Positions 55,719 through 64,000 of a stretch of 64,000 bases of DNA are shown here, piece after piece. A program made the translations under genes and the position numbers. How positions within the stretch are numbered: position 1 is the stretch's first letter; the number at the start of each line of letters is the position of its first letter. Location of the stretch: positions 6,259-70,258 of the forward strand of contig DASTWK010000092.1 of NCBI GenBank assembly GCA_035776655.1, given 5' to 3'. The notes under the pieces were generated by a model. It saw only the letters and a program-made list of their open reading frames with translations, did no database searches and was not told where the DNA came from. The DNA comes from Mycobacteriales bacterium (GTDB lineage: Bacteria; Actinomycetota; Actinomycetes; JAFAQI01).

Positions 55719-57800
55719 CTACGCCGCGACGGCTCCGGCTGCCGTGTTGATGCTGTCGACGAGTGGATCCAGGTGCGCCGCCACGACGGCCAACCGTCGC
55801 GCCCGCCGCTCGTCATCGGGTGTAGCCGCGGCAGAGAGCTCTCCCGCCGCCAGGTCGGCGAGATCCTGTTGCCGCGCGCGCAGATCGCTCTCCGGCGCCC
55901 GTCCCGCCGCCAAGGACGACAACGCTGTTGCCACCTCCGCACACACCGGCTCGAGCTCCGGCAACGGCACGGGCTCGGTCGCGTCCTGCAGCGTCGTCCG
56001 CATCGCATGCAGCGCGAGCACGATCCGCCGCGTCCCGTCCATCAGCGCTTCCGCCGCCTCGACATCCGGCCGCCACCGACTCGGCTCGGCGCGCGCCCGG
56101 TCGAGCGACGCCTGCGCATCCACCCGCGCCCTTCGTGCCGCACCGGCCGCCGCTGGCAGTCCGGCGTCCTTGATTCGCGCGGGATCGACGTACGCCGACA
56201 GCACCGCCCGCGCGTAGTCCGCCAAGGCATCGAACAGCCGGCGCTGCGTCGTCCGCAGTGTCGCTGCTTCCGGCGTCGGCCACACCGCATATCCCGCCAG
56301 CGCCAACGCGCCGCCGACCAAGGTGTCGAGCCCGCGGTCGAGCACCACGGACAGCGGTCTTGGGTCGGCCGCCGCGATCAGACAGACGACGAGACCCGTC
56401 AGCACGAACGTGTACACGGCGTACGAAGCAGAGAACAAGGTGTACGACGCCCAGGCGAACACCAGCGTCAGCGCGACGAGCCCGGCGCCGCGAGGATGTA
56501 GGCCGCCGACCAGCAGCCCCGTCAGCACCACCCCGCCGACTGTTCCCACGACCCGGGCAACGCCGCGCTGCATCGTCGCGACGTAGTCCGGCTTGAGCAC
56601 GACCATGGCCGTGAGCGCGACCCAGTAGCCGCGCTGCCACGGCAGCACCATCGCGATGACCTCGGCGACCGGCAGCAGCACCGCGAGCCGCAACGCGTGC
56701 CGGAACGCGCGATGGCTCGGGTCGAGCGCGAGGCGCAGTTGGCGCAGGTTCTCGGCCGCTCCGGAGGCCAACGTCATCGCGCCGGGGATGCCGGCGATCC
56801 GCGGCAGCGGCAGCTGGCGGACGCCGGCGACGAACGTCGCCAGCCGTTCCGCGGCTCGCACCTGCCCGAGCAGCGCGCGCATCCGCGCTGCCTGGAACCC
56901 GGTTGCGGCTGCCCCGCCACCAGCACTGCCCGCACCGGCAGCCAATTCGTCCAGTGTCGTGGCCGGGTCGGTCGGCGGGCGCCGATCTCGTACGGCGGCA
57001 GCCACCTCCTGCAGTCGCGCCGCGGCGGCATCGACGGCGACCGGCACTGCGCCCGGCGACGTCGGCAGGCTCGTCAGCGCCTGCAGCTCCAGCCGGATCC
57101 GATGCCCTTCCGCGACCAGCCCGCGCAGCTCGCCGATCCCCACCGGGTCGTCGTCACCGTCCGGCGCGGCGCGCCGCGCCAACAGCTCACCCGCGGTCGC
57201 CAAGGCCGTCGCCGCCGGCACCGCTGACGCACCGCCGAGCACACCGCGGGCCAGCTGCGTCAGCTGGTCGTACGCCGCCGCAACCGCGTCCCGCTCCGGG
57301 CCGAGCGGCCGCGGTGTCCGCAACAGGTTCGCCAGCGCGGTCTGCACGAGGCCGCCGGCGAGCACCCAGCCGGCATGCGCCGCGGCCGTCGTCACCGCAC
57401 CTGGATAACGACCGAAGACGACAAACGCGAGCAGCGCCTGGATGCCGGTGATGGTCGCCGACGAGCCCAGCGACACGACGAGCCCGGCCACGAAGGCAAT
57501 GCCCGCCAACGTCGGGATGAACGCGGCGTCGTTGCCCGCCACCACCGAGCCGAGGAACGTGCTCAGCGTCATGCCCAGGGTCGTCGCGAGCAGCAGTCCG
57601 GTCGGCGCGACGAAGGCGCCGGTCAGCTCCGCGATCCCCACCGGCAGCGCCCCGACCGCCGCCTGCGCGCCTTCTGCCGGGTGACCCACCGCGGTGCCCA
57701 CCACCAGCGGCAGCGCGATCCCCGCCGCGGACCGCAGCCCGTCCATCGGCCGCACACCCGCGCGGTCGAAGGAGAGCGCCCCCGCAAGCGAGCCCGGCAT
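55719..57800 (-). CDS. FUSC (fusaric-acid-resistance / aromatic acid exporter-like) family membrane protein
   Basis: 693 aa with two blocks of hydrophobic helices separated and followed by Ala/Arg-rich helical cytoplasmic regions. Confidence 0.7.
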   Translation of the reverse strand: MPGSLAGALSFDRAGVRPMDGLRSAAGIALPLVVGTAVGHPAEGAQAAVGALPVGIAELTGAFVAPTGLLLATTLGMTLSTFLGSVVAGNDAAFIPTLAGIAFVAGLVVSLGSSATITGIQALLAFVVFGRYPGAVTTAAAHAGWVLAGGLVQTALANLLRTPRPLGPERDAVAAAYDQLTQLARGVLGGASAVPAATALATAGELLARRAAPDGDDDPVGIGELRGLVAEGHRIRLELQALTSLPTSPGAVPVAVDAAAARLQEVAAAVRDRRPPTDPATTLDELAAGAGSAGGGAAATGFQAARMRALLGQVRAAERLATFVAGVRQLPLPRIAGIPGAMTLASGAAENLRQLRLALDPSHRAFRHALRLAVLLPVAEVIAMVLPWQRGYWVALTAMVVLKPDYVATMQRGVARVVGTVGGVVLTGLLVGGLHPRGAGLVALTLVFAWASYTLFSASYAVYTFVLTGLVVCLIAAADPRPLSVVLDRGLDTLVGGALALAGYAVWPTPEAATLRTTQRRLFDALADYARAVLSAYVDPARIKDAGLPAAAGAARRARVDAQASLDRARAEPSRWRPDVEAAEALMDGTRRIVLALHAMRTTLQDATEPVPLPELEPVCAEVATALSSLAAGRAPESDLRARQQDLADLAAGELSAAATPDDERRARRLAVVAAHLDPLVDSINTAAGAVAA

Positions 57801-57803
57801 CGA

Positions 57804-58655
57804 TCAGCCCCGCCGCACCGCCTGCAGCGTGTAGCTGTGCGCCAGCCTCCAGGGCCGGTCCGCCAGCCGCCATTCGTCGAGCGCGACCAGCTCCATCTGT
57901 CCCGGCAGTGCCTCCCACGGCACCGAGTCGTGCTCCTGCAGCAACGTCAGGTCCAGGCCCGCGTCCATCACCGCAGTGACGATCTCGGCCAGCCCGTGGT
58001 TCCACTGATGGGTGACGGTCGAGACGAACTCGACATCGGTTTCGACGTAGGTCCCCGGCTCGTCCCAGACGATCGGTTCGGCCCGCTCGAAGTACGGCCA
58101 GTCGACGACCAGCAGCCCGTCGTCGCGCGCATCGGCCAGCGACCACAACATCGGGTGGCCCTCGCGCAGGTGCAGCCGGCCGCCCGGCTTGAGCAACGCC
58201 GCGACGACCTGCGCCCACCGCCGGATGTCGGGCAGCCAGCACAGCGCGCCAACGCCGGTGTAGACCAGATCGAAGCTCGCGGGAGCCAGCACGTCCGGCG
58301 CCGCATAGAGCTCTGCCTCGACGTACTCGATCTGCGCTCCGGTCCGCTCCGCCAGCCCGCGCGCCGCTTCCAACGCCGCCGGGGAGAAGTCGAGCCCGGT
58401 CATCTGCGCGCCCAGCCGGGCGAGGGACAGCGTGTCGGTGCCGATGTGGCACTGCAGGTGCACGCCGCGCAGGCCGGCGACGTCGCCGAGCCGCGGCAGG
58501 TCGAAGCGGACGACGTGACTGAGGTGAGTGGGGTCGTCGAGGAACTTCTGGAACGCGTACGACGGCGACGCGGCGTGGGCGGGTGCTCGCTCGTCCCAGT
58601 TGGTCTTGTTGACGGCGCGGTAGTCGTCCATCGGCGCACCGTCCCACACCGTCAT
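57804..58655 (-). CDS. class I SAM-dependent methyltransferase
   Basis: VHLQCHIGTDTLSLA...GLDFS (motif I region) and LLKPGGRLHL. Confidence 0.8.
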   Translation of the reverse strand: MTVWDGAPMDDYRAVNKTNWDERAPAHAASPSYAFQKFLDDPTHLSHVVRFDLPRLGDVAGLRGVHLQCHIGTDTLSLARLGAQMTGLDFSPAALEAARGLAERTGAQIEYVEAELYAAPDVLAPASFDLVYTGVGALCWLPDIRRWAQVVAALLKPGGRLHLREGHPMLWSLADARDDGLLVVDWPYFERAEPIVWDEPGTYVETDVEFVSTVTHQWNHGLAEIVTAVMDAGLDLTLLQEHDSVPWEALPGQMELVALDEWRLADRPWRLAHSYTLQAVRRG

Positions 58656-59455
58656 CGGCGCGCGAGAACGAAGTGGGCGGCCGTGCCGACCGAGGAGTCG
58701 CGCACCCAGCGGCCGGACGCGTGTTCCCAGCGGTGCGCGCGGACCGTCACCGCGACCACCCCGTAGGGCTGCGCGTGAGCGACCAGCCACTCCGCCACCG
58801 TCCAGTCGTCGCGGCTGCTGCCACTCACCCCACCCAGGGCCTGCGGCCCCAGCTCGCGCTGCGCCAAGGCCGTCAGCGCCGCGGGCCGCGGTGGCTCCAC
58901 GTGGGTGTACTGGCAGGTCATCCCGGCCGGGACCCGGCCGGTCAGCGCCCGCGCGACGGCCCGTGCCGGCTCCTCCCACTGCGAATAGGCGGTGCCGTCC
59001 GCGCTGCGCTGCACCGCCTGCGCGGCCGCCGCCACCGGCAGGGCGCGCCAGTGCGGCACCGCGACGAGGTGGCGGAAGAAGGCGGTCGCGGCGTACGACG
59101 GGGTGAGCAGCTGGGCCGGTCGCCCCCAGCCCTGGCTCGGCCGCTGCTGGAACAGGCCCAGCGAGTCCCGATCCCCGAACGGATAGTTGTGCAGCTTCGA
59201 CTCCTGCAGTGCGGTCGCGAGCGCGATCGTCACCGCCTGCAGCGGCAGCCGCTCGCGGCGGGCGACGGCCGCGATCGTCGTCGCGTTCGCCGCCTGCTCG
59301 GGCAGCAGGATCAACCCGGCCGACCCGGCGCCCACCTGGCAGAACGGCGGCGGCGGGACGGCGTGGTGCACCAGCGACCGCGCCCCCACGACCGCGCCGG
59401 TGGCGACCGCGGCGGCCACCAGCACCGCCAGCGCCCAGCGGCCACCTCGCCTCAC
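58652..59455 (-). CDS. membrane-anchored/secreted hypothetical protein
   Basis: N-terminal anchor RWALAVLVAAAVATGAVVGA, then a conserved-looking LQESKLHNYPFGDRDSLGLFQQRPSQGWG. The stop overlaps the methyltransferase start (ATGA). Confidence 0.7.
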   Translation of the reverse strand: MRRGGRWALAVLVAAAVATGAVVGARSLVHHAVPPPPFCQVGAGSAGLILLPEQAANATTIAAVARRERLPLQAVTIALATALQESKLHNYPFGDRDSLGLFQQRPSQGWGRPAQLLTPSYAATAFFRHLVAVPHWRALPVAAAAQAVQRSADGTAYSQWEEPARAVARALTGRVPAGMTCQYTHVEPPRPAALTALAQRELGPQALGGVSGSSRDDWTVAEWLVAHAQPYGVVAVTVRAHRWEHASGRWVRDSSVGTAAHFVLARR

Positions 59456-59547
59456 CGGCGCATTCTCCCAGCGGCGAAATTGTCACCGAACGGTCAAGAA
59501 CCTGTCGCTGTGCGTGACGGGCCGGGGAGTGGCGGGTAAGCCCGACA

Positions 59548-60405
59548 GTGATGTCCACCGTCGTCACGCTGCTCGCGGGTCGTTACCGGCTGCTCGAGGA
59601 GGCCAGCCGCACCGACGCCAGCGTCATCTGGCACGCCTATGACGAGCTGCTGCACCGCGAGGTCGCCGTCAAGGAGATCCGGTTCGCCGACCACCTTCCC
59701 GACGCCGAGCGCCAGCAGCTCACCGAGCGGGCGTTGCGCGAGGCCCGGGTGGCCGCCGCGATCGACACGACGGCCGCGGTGCGGGTCTTCGACGTCGAGG
59801 AGCAGGACGGTCGCCCGTGGGTGGTCATGGAGGTCGTTCCGGGGCGGCCGCTGCGCCAGGTGCTGTCCCGGCGCCGGTCGCTGCCGGACGTCGACGTCGC
59901 GCGGGTGGGGCTCGCGGTGCTCGAAGCGCTCGACGTCGCGCACCGGGTCGGCGTCGCGCACTGCACCGTGACGGTCGACAACGTCATCGTCGGCACCGAC
60001 CACCGCATCGCGCTCACGGACTTCTGCATCGACACCGTTGCCCCCGGCTCCGATGACGATCACGACGACCTCCGCCGGCTCGGTGAGACTCTGCGCGCCG
60101 CCACCTCCCGCCGCACCGCCCCGCCGCTGCGTGAGCTCGTCGACCGGTTGACCGCGCCGGAGCCGGCCGACCTGCCGACAGAAGACGAGGTCCGCCAGGT
60201 GCTCGAGCGGGTGGTGCGGGACGCGCGGCTTCGGCGCTCGGAGCCGTGGCCGGCCTATCCCTCCGGTGACGGCGCAGCCGCCACCGAGTCCGAGCCGCAC
60301 CGCTTGGACGAGGAAGGGCCGGTGTGGCCGCCGCTGGTGGGGTTGCTCGTCGTACTCGTGGCGACCGCGATCATCCTCACCACGGTCCTGCAGCCCGGCG
60401 GCTGA
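59548..60405 (+). CDS. membrane-anchored Ser/Thr-kinase-like pseudokinase
   Basis: Kinase N-lobe pattern GRYRLLEE...VAVKEI...REARVAA is present. The Gly-rich loop is absent (ASRTDASVI), HRD reads HCT, the catalytic-loop Lys is lost (TVTVDN), DFG reads DFC, and the C-lobe is truncated. C-terminal TM WPPLVGLLVVLVATAIILTTVL. Confidence 0.7.
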   Translation: MMSTVVTLLAGRYRLLEEASRTDASVIWHAYDELLHREVAVKEIRFADHLPDAERQQLTERALREARVAAAIDTTAAVRVFDVEEQDGRPWVVMEVVPGRPLRQVLSRRRSLPDVDVARVGLAVLEALDVAHRVGVAHCTVTVDNVIVGTDHRIALTDFCIDTVAPGSDDDHDDLRRLGETLRAATSRRTAPPLRELVDRLTAPEPADLPTEDEVRQVLERVVRDARLRRSEPWPAYPSGDGAAATESEPHRLDEEGPVWPPLVGLLVVLVATAIILTTVLQPGG

Positions 60406-60464
60406 CGGCTTCGGCCGGCTACCTGGCGCGCGGGTCGGCGTGCCTAGGCCCTACCATCACGCGC

Positions 60465-60959
60465 ATGCCCGCCGAGCACCTGCGCCTGCCGCCTGAGCCG
60501 AGCAGTGTCGGTGCGGCCCGATCGCTGCTGCGCCGGGCCCTGTCGCAGTGGGATCTCGACGGTCTCGAGTTCGCGGCCAGCCAGGCGCTGACCGAGCTGG
60601 CGACCAATGCGGTCATCCACGCTCGTACTCCGTTCGAGATCGCGATCCTCTGGAACGGCGAGCGGCTACGGGTCTGCGTCGAGGACCACTCGCCGCGCCT
60701 GCCGGCTCGACGCAGCTACGCCGTCGACGCCACCACCGGCCGCGGCCTCGGCATGGTCGAGCGCCTCTGTCGCTCCTGGGGGGTCGAGACGTTCGAAGAC
60801 GGCAAGCGCGTGTGGTTCGAGGTAGCGCCCGGCGATCTGTCCGAGGACGACGCTGAGATCCTGCCGATGTTCAGCGACGACCTCGATGCCTTCGACGACG
60901 TCGCCGGGCACCGCGCCTCGCCGCTGCTGCGGGCGCAGAACCTGGTCGGCGCAGCGTGA
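60465..60959 (+). CDS. RsbW/SpoIIAB-like ATP-binding protein (anti-sigma-factor-type HATPase)
   Basis: LTELATNAVIHA (N-box-like), V.DHSP and TGRGLGMVERL (G-box-like); 164 aa. Confidence 0.75.
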   Translation: MPAEHLRLPPEPSSVGAARSLLRRALSQWDLDGLEFAASQALTELATNAVIHARTPFEIAILWNGERLRVCVEDHSPRLPARRSYAVDATTGRGLGMVERLCRSWGVETFEDGKRVWFEVAPGDLSEDDAEILPMFSDDLDAFDDVAGHRASPLLRAQNLVGAA

Positions 60960-61441
60960 CCGAGCACCCCGACCTGGTGCGGGTGGAGTTGCTCGGGCTG
61001 CCGGTGCCCCTGTGGCAGCGCAGCCAGGAGCACACCGACGAGCTGATCCGCGAGTTCACGCTGATCGCTTCGGAGCGCAGGTACGGCGACAGCGAACAGC
61101 ACGCCGTTCCCCACCGGCTCATCGCGCTCATCGACGACCTGACGACGCAATACAGCGGCTTCAGCGAGGCCAACGAGCAGCAGCTGGTCGAAGCCGCGGC
61201 ACGGGGCAGCGAGTCGCTCGACCTCGTCTACGTGCTGCCGCCCGCCGCTGGCCAGGCAGCCGAGCACCTGGGGCAGCTGCTCGACGAGGCCGACGAGTAC
61301 TGCCGGCGCGGGCAGCACCTGCTCACCCTCGCGACGCCCGAGGACCAGGCCGCGTTCCGTCGCTGGTTCCTCGAGGAGTTCCCCCGCCAGATCGCTGGGG
61401 CCGAGCCGCGGCCCTGGACCGCGTATTCCGCCGCCCACTGA
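60956..61441 (+). CDS. hypothetical protein translationally coupled to the ATPase
   Basis: 161 aa. The GTG start overlaps the upstream stop (GTGA). Acidic and helical-looking, with no STAS or PP2C motifs. Confidence 0.6.
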   Translation: MTEHPDLVRVELLGLPVPLWQRSQEHTDELIREFTLIASERRYGDSEQHAVPHRLIALIDDLTTQYSGFSEANEQQLVEAAARGSESLDLVYVLPPAAGQAAEHLGQLLDEADEYCRRGQHLLTLATPEDQAAFRRWFLEEFPRQIAGAEPRPWTAYSAAH

Positions 61442-61588
61442 CCGGGGACCGTTGCTGACGCCGGGCGCCGGTTGACGCCGCCCCCCAGTTGGCGTCGCTC
61501 GTGCCGGCGCTGCACGTGCCGACGTCGCTCGTGCCGGCGCTGCGCCCGGACATCGAACGCGGCCCGGGGCCGCACGGGCCACCACGAC

Positions 61589-61623
61589 GAAGGGCCCGGC
61601 CGCATCGAGCGGCCGGGCCCTTC
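61589..61623. terminator. 15-bp perfect-stem hairpin between convergent operons
   Basis: GAAGGGCCCGGCCGC-atcga-GCGGCCGGGCCCTTC. Confidence 0.6.
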
Positions 61624-61639
61624 GCTGACTGGGTCTCGG

Positions 61640-62347
61640 TCAGGGCGTGGTCGGCGCCTGGCCGTGCGTCCCGCGGTGCGTGCTGCCCGCGGTGTGCGCG
61701 GTGGCGGACTTGCCCTTGGTCGTGCTGCCGTGGGTCGTGGCGTGCTGGCTGTTGGTGGTGCCAGCGTCCGAACGCTTGGTCGCGCCCTGGCTGTTGTCGC
61801 CGGCGGTGGCGGACTTGCCGTGGGCGGTGGTGTCGGTGCCGGCGTTGGGCTGGCACTTGCCGGCCGAGGCGACCTGGCAGACGTCCGCGCCGCGGTTGCG
61901 GCCGGTGACCGAGGTCTCGTGCGCGGTGCCCGACACCTGGACGCCGTGAGCGTTCGAGTCGGTCGACGACGTGGTGCTCGGCTGCGTCGTGTTGTCGTCG
62001 GTCGTGTCGTTGCCGTCGTCGGTGCTCTTCTGGTGCGACGTCGTGGCGTGCGAGTTGGCGTGGCTGTTCGAGTGCACCAGCGGCACGTGGCCGACGGCTG
62101 CGGTAGCGACACCGCTGACCATCACCACACCGCCGAACACCGCAGCGGCGAGGAGCTTGACGTTTTCACGAGCGCGCATGGAACGCTTCCTCCGGGCGGG
62201 TTGATGCACCTCCCGGAAAGCGGCCAGCGCGGCCGCTTCGCCGGGCAGCGGCGCCTCCGCCGGCGCCTTGGCGGCGGCGAGGACGGCTGCGACCATCGGG
62301 TCGTCGAGGTGCATGCGATCGTTCATGTCACCTGTCCAACCGTTCAT
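61640..62347 (-). CDS. single-pass anti-sigma factor with His/Thr/Ser/Asn-rich extracytoplasmic tail
   Basis: Lies immediately downstream of, and overlaps, the ECF sigma gene. Short N-terminal cytoplasmic part, TM LLAAAVFGGVVMVSGVATAAV, then a low-complexity tail (HSNSHANSHATTSH...THRGTHG) containing the pair CQVASAGKC. Confidence 0.65.
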   Translation of the reverse strand: MNGWTGDMNDRMHLDDPMVAAVLAAAKAPAEAPLPGEAAALAAFREVHQPARRKRSMRARENVKLLAAAVFGGVVMVSGVATAAVGHVPLVHSNSHANSHATTSHQKSTDDGNDTTDDNTTQPSTTSSTDSNAHGVQVSGTAHETSVTGRNRGADVCQVASAGKCQPNAGTDTTAHGKSATAGDNSQGATKRSDAGTTNSQHATTHGSTTKGKSATAHTAGSTHRGTHGQAPTTP

Positions 62348-62934
62348 GTGGCCTCCGGCGTTACACCCTGGCGCAGATTGTGCTGTTGGGAGAGCAGCGT
62401 CCGGAGGCGTTTCAGCCCCCGATGGGCCACTACCCGCACAGATCCGACGGTTTTTCCGGTCAGCTCGGCCGTCTCGGCGACGTCGAGGTCCGCGACGTAC
62501 CGCAGGAACACGACCTCGGCCTGCTCTCGCGGCAGCTGGGCGATGAGCGCGACGGCTGCCTCGGTGGTGAGCAGGTCGAGGGTGGCGTCGGCCATGCCGC
62601 CACCATCGCCGCGGTCGGGAACGGCGTCGACGACGATCTCGGGGCGGCGGGCCCGGGCGCGTTGGTCGTCGAGCCAGCGGTGCCGGGCGATGGTCAGCAC
62701 CCAGCCGCGGAAGGCGGCGGGTTCCTCGGCGGTGAACCCGCCCAGCCCCCGCACGACCTGCACCCAGGTGTCGCCGGCGAGGTCCTCACAGCGGGATCCG
62801 GCGACCACCCGCAAGTAGCGCAGCAGCGCCGGCTGGGTCGCGCGGAACAGCCGTGCGAAGGCAGCCTCGTCCCCGCGCTTGGCGGCGTCGAGGGTCGCGA
62901 CGAAGCCGAGTGGGTCCTCGTCCATCTCCCTCAT
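62344..62934 (-). CDS. ECF (group IV) RNA polymerase sigma factor
   Basis: Region 2 (DLAGDTWVQVVRGLGGF...FRGWVLTIARHRWLD) and region 4 (LPREQAEVVFLRYVADLDVAETAELTGKTVGSVRVVAHRGLKRLR). Start ATG 62934. Confidence 0.9.
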   Translation of the reverse strand: MREMDEDPLGFVATLDAAKRGDEAAFARLFRATQPALLRYLRVVAGSRCEDLAGDTWVQVVRGLGGFTAEEPAAFRGWVLTIARHRWLDDQRARARRPEIVVDAVPDRGDGGGMADATLDLLTTEAAVALIAQLPREQAEVVFLRYVADLDVAETAELTGKTVGSVRVVAHRGLKRLRTLLSQQHNLRQGVTPEAT

Positions 62935-62996
62935 TGTCGGACGACCGGCGGGTGATCTGCAGCCGGACCGGGCAAAACGGCCGGCCGGTTCGGCGC

Positions 62997-63068
62997 GCCG
63001 GGACCTGGCGCCGGGACTCATGCCGGGATCTGGCGCCGGGACATTCGGCCGGCACCTGGTGCCGGGAG
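62997..63068. repeat. three direct copies of a 21-bp GC-rich element at 25-26-bp spacing in the divergent promoter region
   Basis: GCCGGGACCTGGCGCCGGGAC (62997), GCCGGGATCTGGCGCCGGGAC (63022) and GCCGGCACCTGGTGCCGGGAG (63048). The third contains the perfect palindrome CCGGCACC-T-GGTGCCGG. Confidence 0.85.
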
Positions 63069-63145
63069 GTGGCGCCCGAGCGCGCGGGGCTGTTCCGGTC
63101 GCTGCTGGGGTCGCTGCATCGCGCTGGTGCGGCAGACTGCGCAGC

Positions 63146-63607
63146 GTGCCGAGACTGCTGTTGGTGCACCACACGCCGTCGCCGGCGACCCAGGAGCTGC
63201 TCGAGGCCGCGCTGGCCGGCGCGCGCGACCCGGAGGCCAACGACGGCAGCGTCGAGGTGGTGGTGCGACCGGCGCTGACGGCGTCGGTGGTCGACGCGCT
63301 GGAGGCCGACGGCTACCTGCTCGCCACGCCGGCCAACATCGGCTACATCTCAGGAGCGTTGAAGCACTTCTTCGACACCATCTACTACCCGTGCCTGGAG
63401 GCGACCCGCGGCCGGCCGTTCGGCGCCTGGGTGCACGGCAACCTCGACACCGCCGGCGCCATCCGCGCGATCGAGAGCATCACGACCGGGCTGATGTGGC
63501 GCCGGGTGGCGCCGGTGCTGACCGTCACCGGCCAGCCGGCGGCGACGGACCGTACGGCGGTGCATGACCTGGCCGCGACCCTGGCCGCCACCCTCGCCAC
63601 GACCTGA
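63146..63607 (+). CDS. flavodoxin-like fold / NAD(P)H-dependent FMN reductase-like protein
   Basis: LLLVHHTPS...ADGYLLATPANIGYISGALKHFFD is typical of flavodoxin-like reductases. GTG 63146 was chosen. Confidence 0.65.
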   Translation: MPRLLLVHHTPSPATQELLEAALAGARDPEANDGSVEVVVRPALTASVVDALEADGYLLATPANIGYISGALKHFFDTIYYPCLEATRGRPFGAWVHGNLDTAGAIRAIESITTGLMWRRVAPVLTVTGQPAATDRTAVHDLAATLAATLATT

Positions 63608-63669
63608 CGCGCAGTGCTGCGCCGTCCCTTGCCGTCCGCGCCAGGCTCGGCGCCGGATGGCGCGTAGGG

Positions 63670-64000
63670 TCACCGCAGGCGCACGGCCGGCATCGTCAGC
63701 GGGCCGGTGGCGGGCAGGCCGAGGGCGGCGGCGACGTCGGCGTACCCGCCCCAGCCGGACGCCCACATCGACACCCCCGCGCCCGCGCGCGGGTCGGTGG
63801 ACGACCGCGGGGGCTTGAGGCGAGCCAGCGGCGGCACCGAGACCGCCGGTCGCAGCGGCGCATCGGCCGGCAGCCCGGCGCGGTCGCGGGCGAGCTCGAC
63901 CGCCCGGTGCAGACCGCCGAGCTCGTCGACGAGCCCGATGCCGGCGGCGTCGGCCCCGGTCCAGACCCGGCCGCGGGCGATCTCGTGCACGGCCTCGCGC
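63670..64000 (-). CDS. signal peptide peptidase SppA (S49) C-terminal part, truncated by the window edge
   Basis: [20 protein letters not shown] is the typical SppA C-terminal motif. The reading frame stays open to the right edge. Confidence 0.7.
   Translation of the reverse strand, partial: REAVHEIARGRVWTGADAAGIGLVDELGGLHRAVELARDRAGLPADAPLRPAVSVPPLARLKPPRSSTDPRAGAGVSMWASGWGGYADVAAALGLPATGPLTMPAVRLR

Overview
This is a very GC-rich chromosomal segment with strongly G/C-biased third codon positions, and its gene content and order look actinobacterial. I call about 60 protein genes. I saw no rRNA, tRNA, CRISPR array, transposase or integrase. All family assignments come from reading motifs in the supplied translations; no database search was run.

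Layout:
- 0.6-19.6 kb: a conserved housekeeping backbone, miaB - Ala-rich protein - miaA - dapF - hflX - lexA (opposite strand) - LysM gene - nrdR - nrdJ. Four elements sit in or within it: a secreted BNR/sialidase-like protein, a stand-alone EAL protein, a three-gene histidine-kinase/receiver phosphorelay, and a 357-aa LAGLIDADG intein inside nrdJ.
- 19.7-29.7 kb: small accessory genes, including a TetR-cupin-hemerythrin-SnoaL operon, an MFS transporter, VOC proteins, an enoyl-CoA hydratase, an SDR and an acetoacetate-decarboxylase-like protein.
- 29.7-34.3 kb: a Vms1-like release-factor homologue (acVLRF1 type) immediately upstream of the DEAH helicase hrpA.
- 34.3-46 kb: an MBL hydrolase, an AlkB-like dioxygenase, a LipJ-like hydrolase-adenylate cyclase fusion, xthA, an FtsX permease with an ABC ATPase fused to a cNMP-binding domain, and typA.
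- 46-64 kb: mixed genes, a 19-bp head-to-tail minisatellite beside a DUF222/HNH-like gene with a degenerate nuclease motif, a FUSC exporter, a membrane pseudokinase followed by an RsbW-like ATPase and an unknown partner, an ECF sigma/anti-sigma pair, and a truncated sppA at the right edge.

Best candidates for undescribed biology:
1. The acVLRF1-hrpA pair, a possible ribosome-rescue module.
2. The pseudokinase / anti-sigma-like ATPase / unknown-partner operon.
3. The receiver-rich phosphorelay between hflX and lexA.
4. The cyclase plus cNMP-gated ABC exporter neighbourhood.
5. The 19-bp repeat array next to the degenerate HNH gene.
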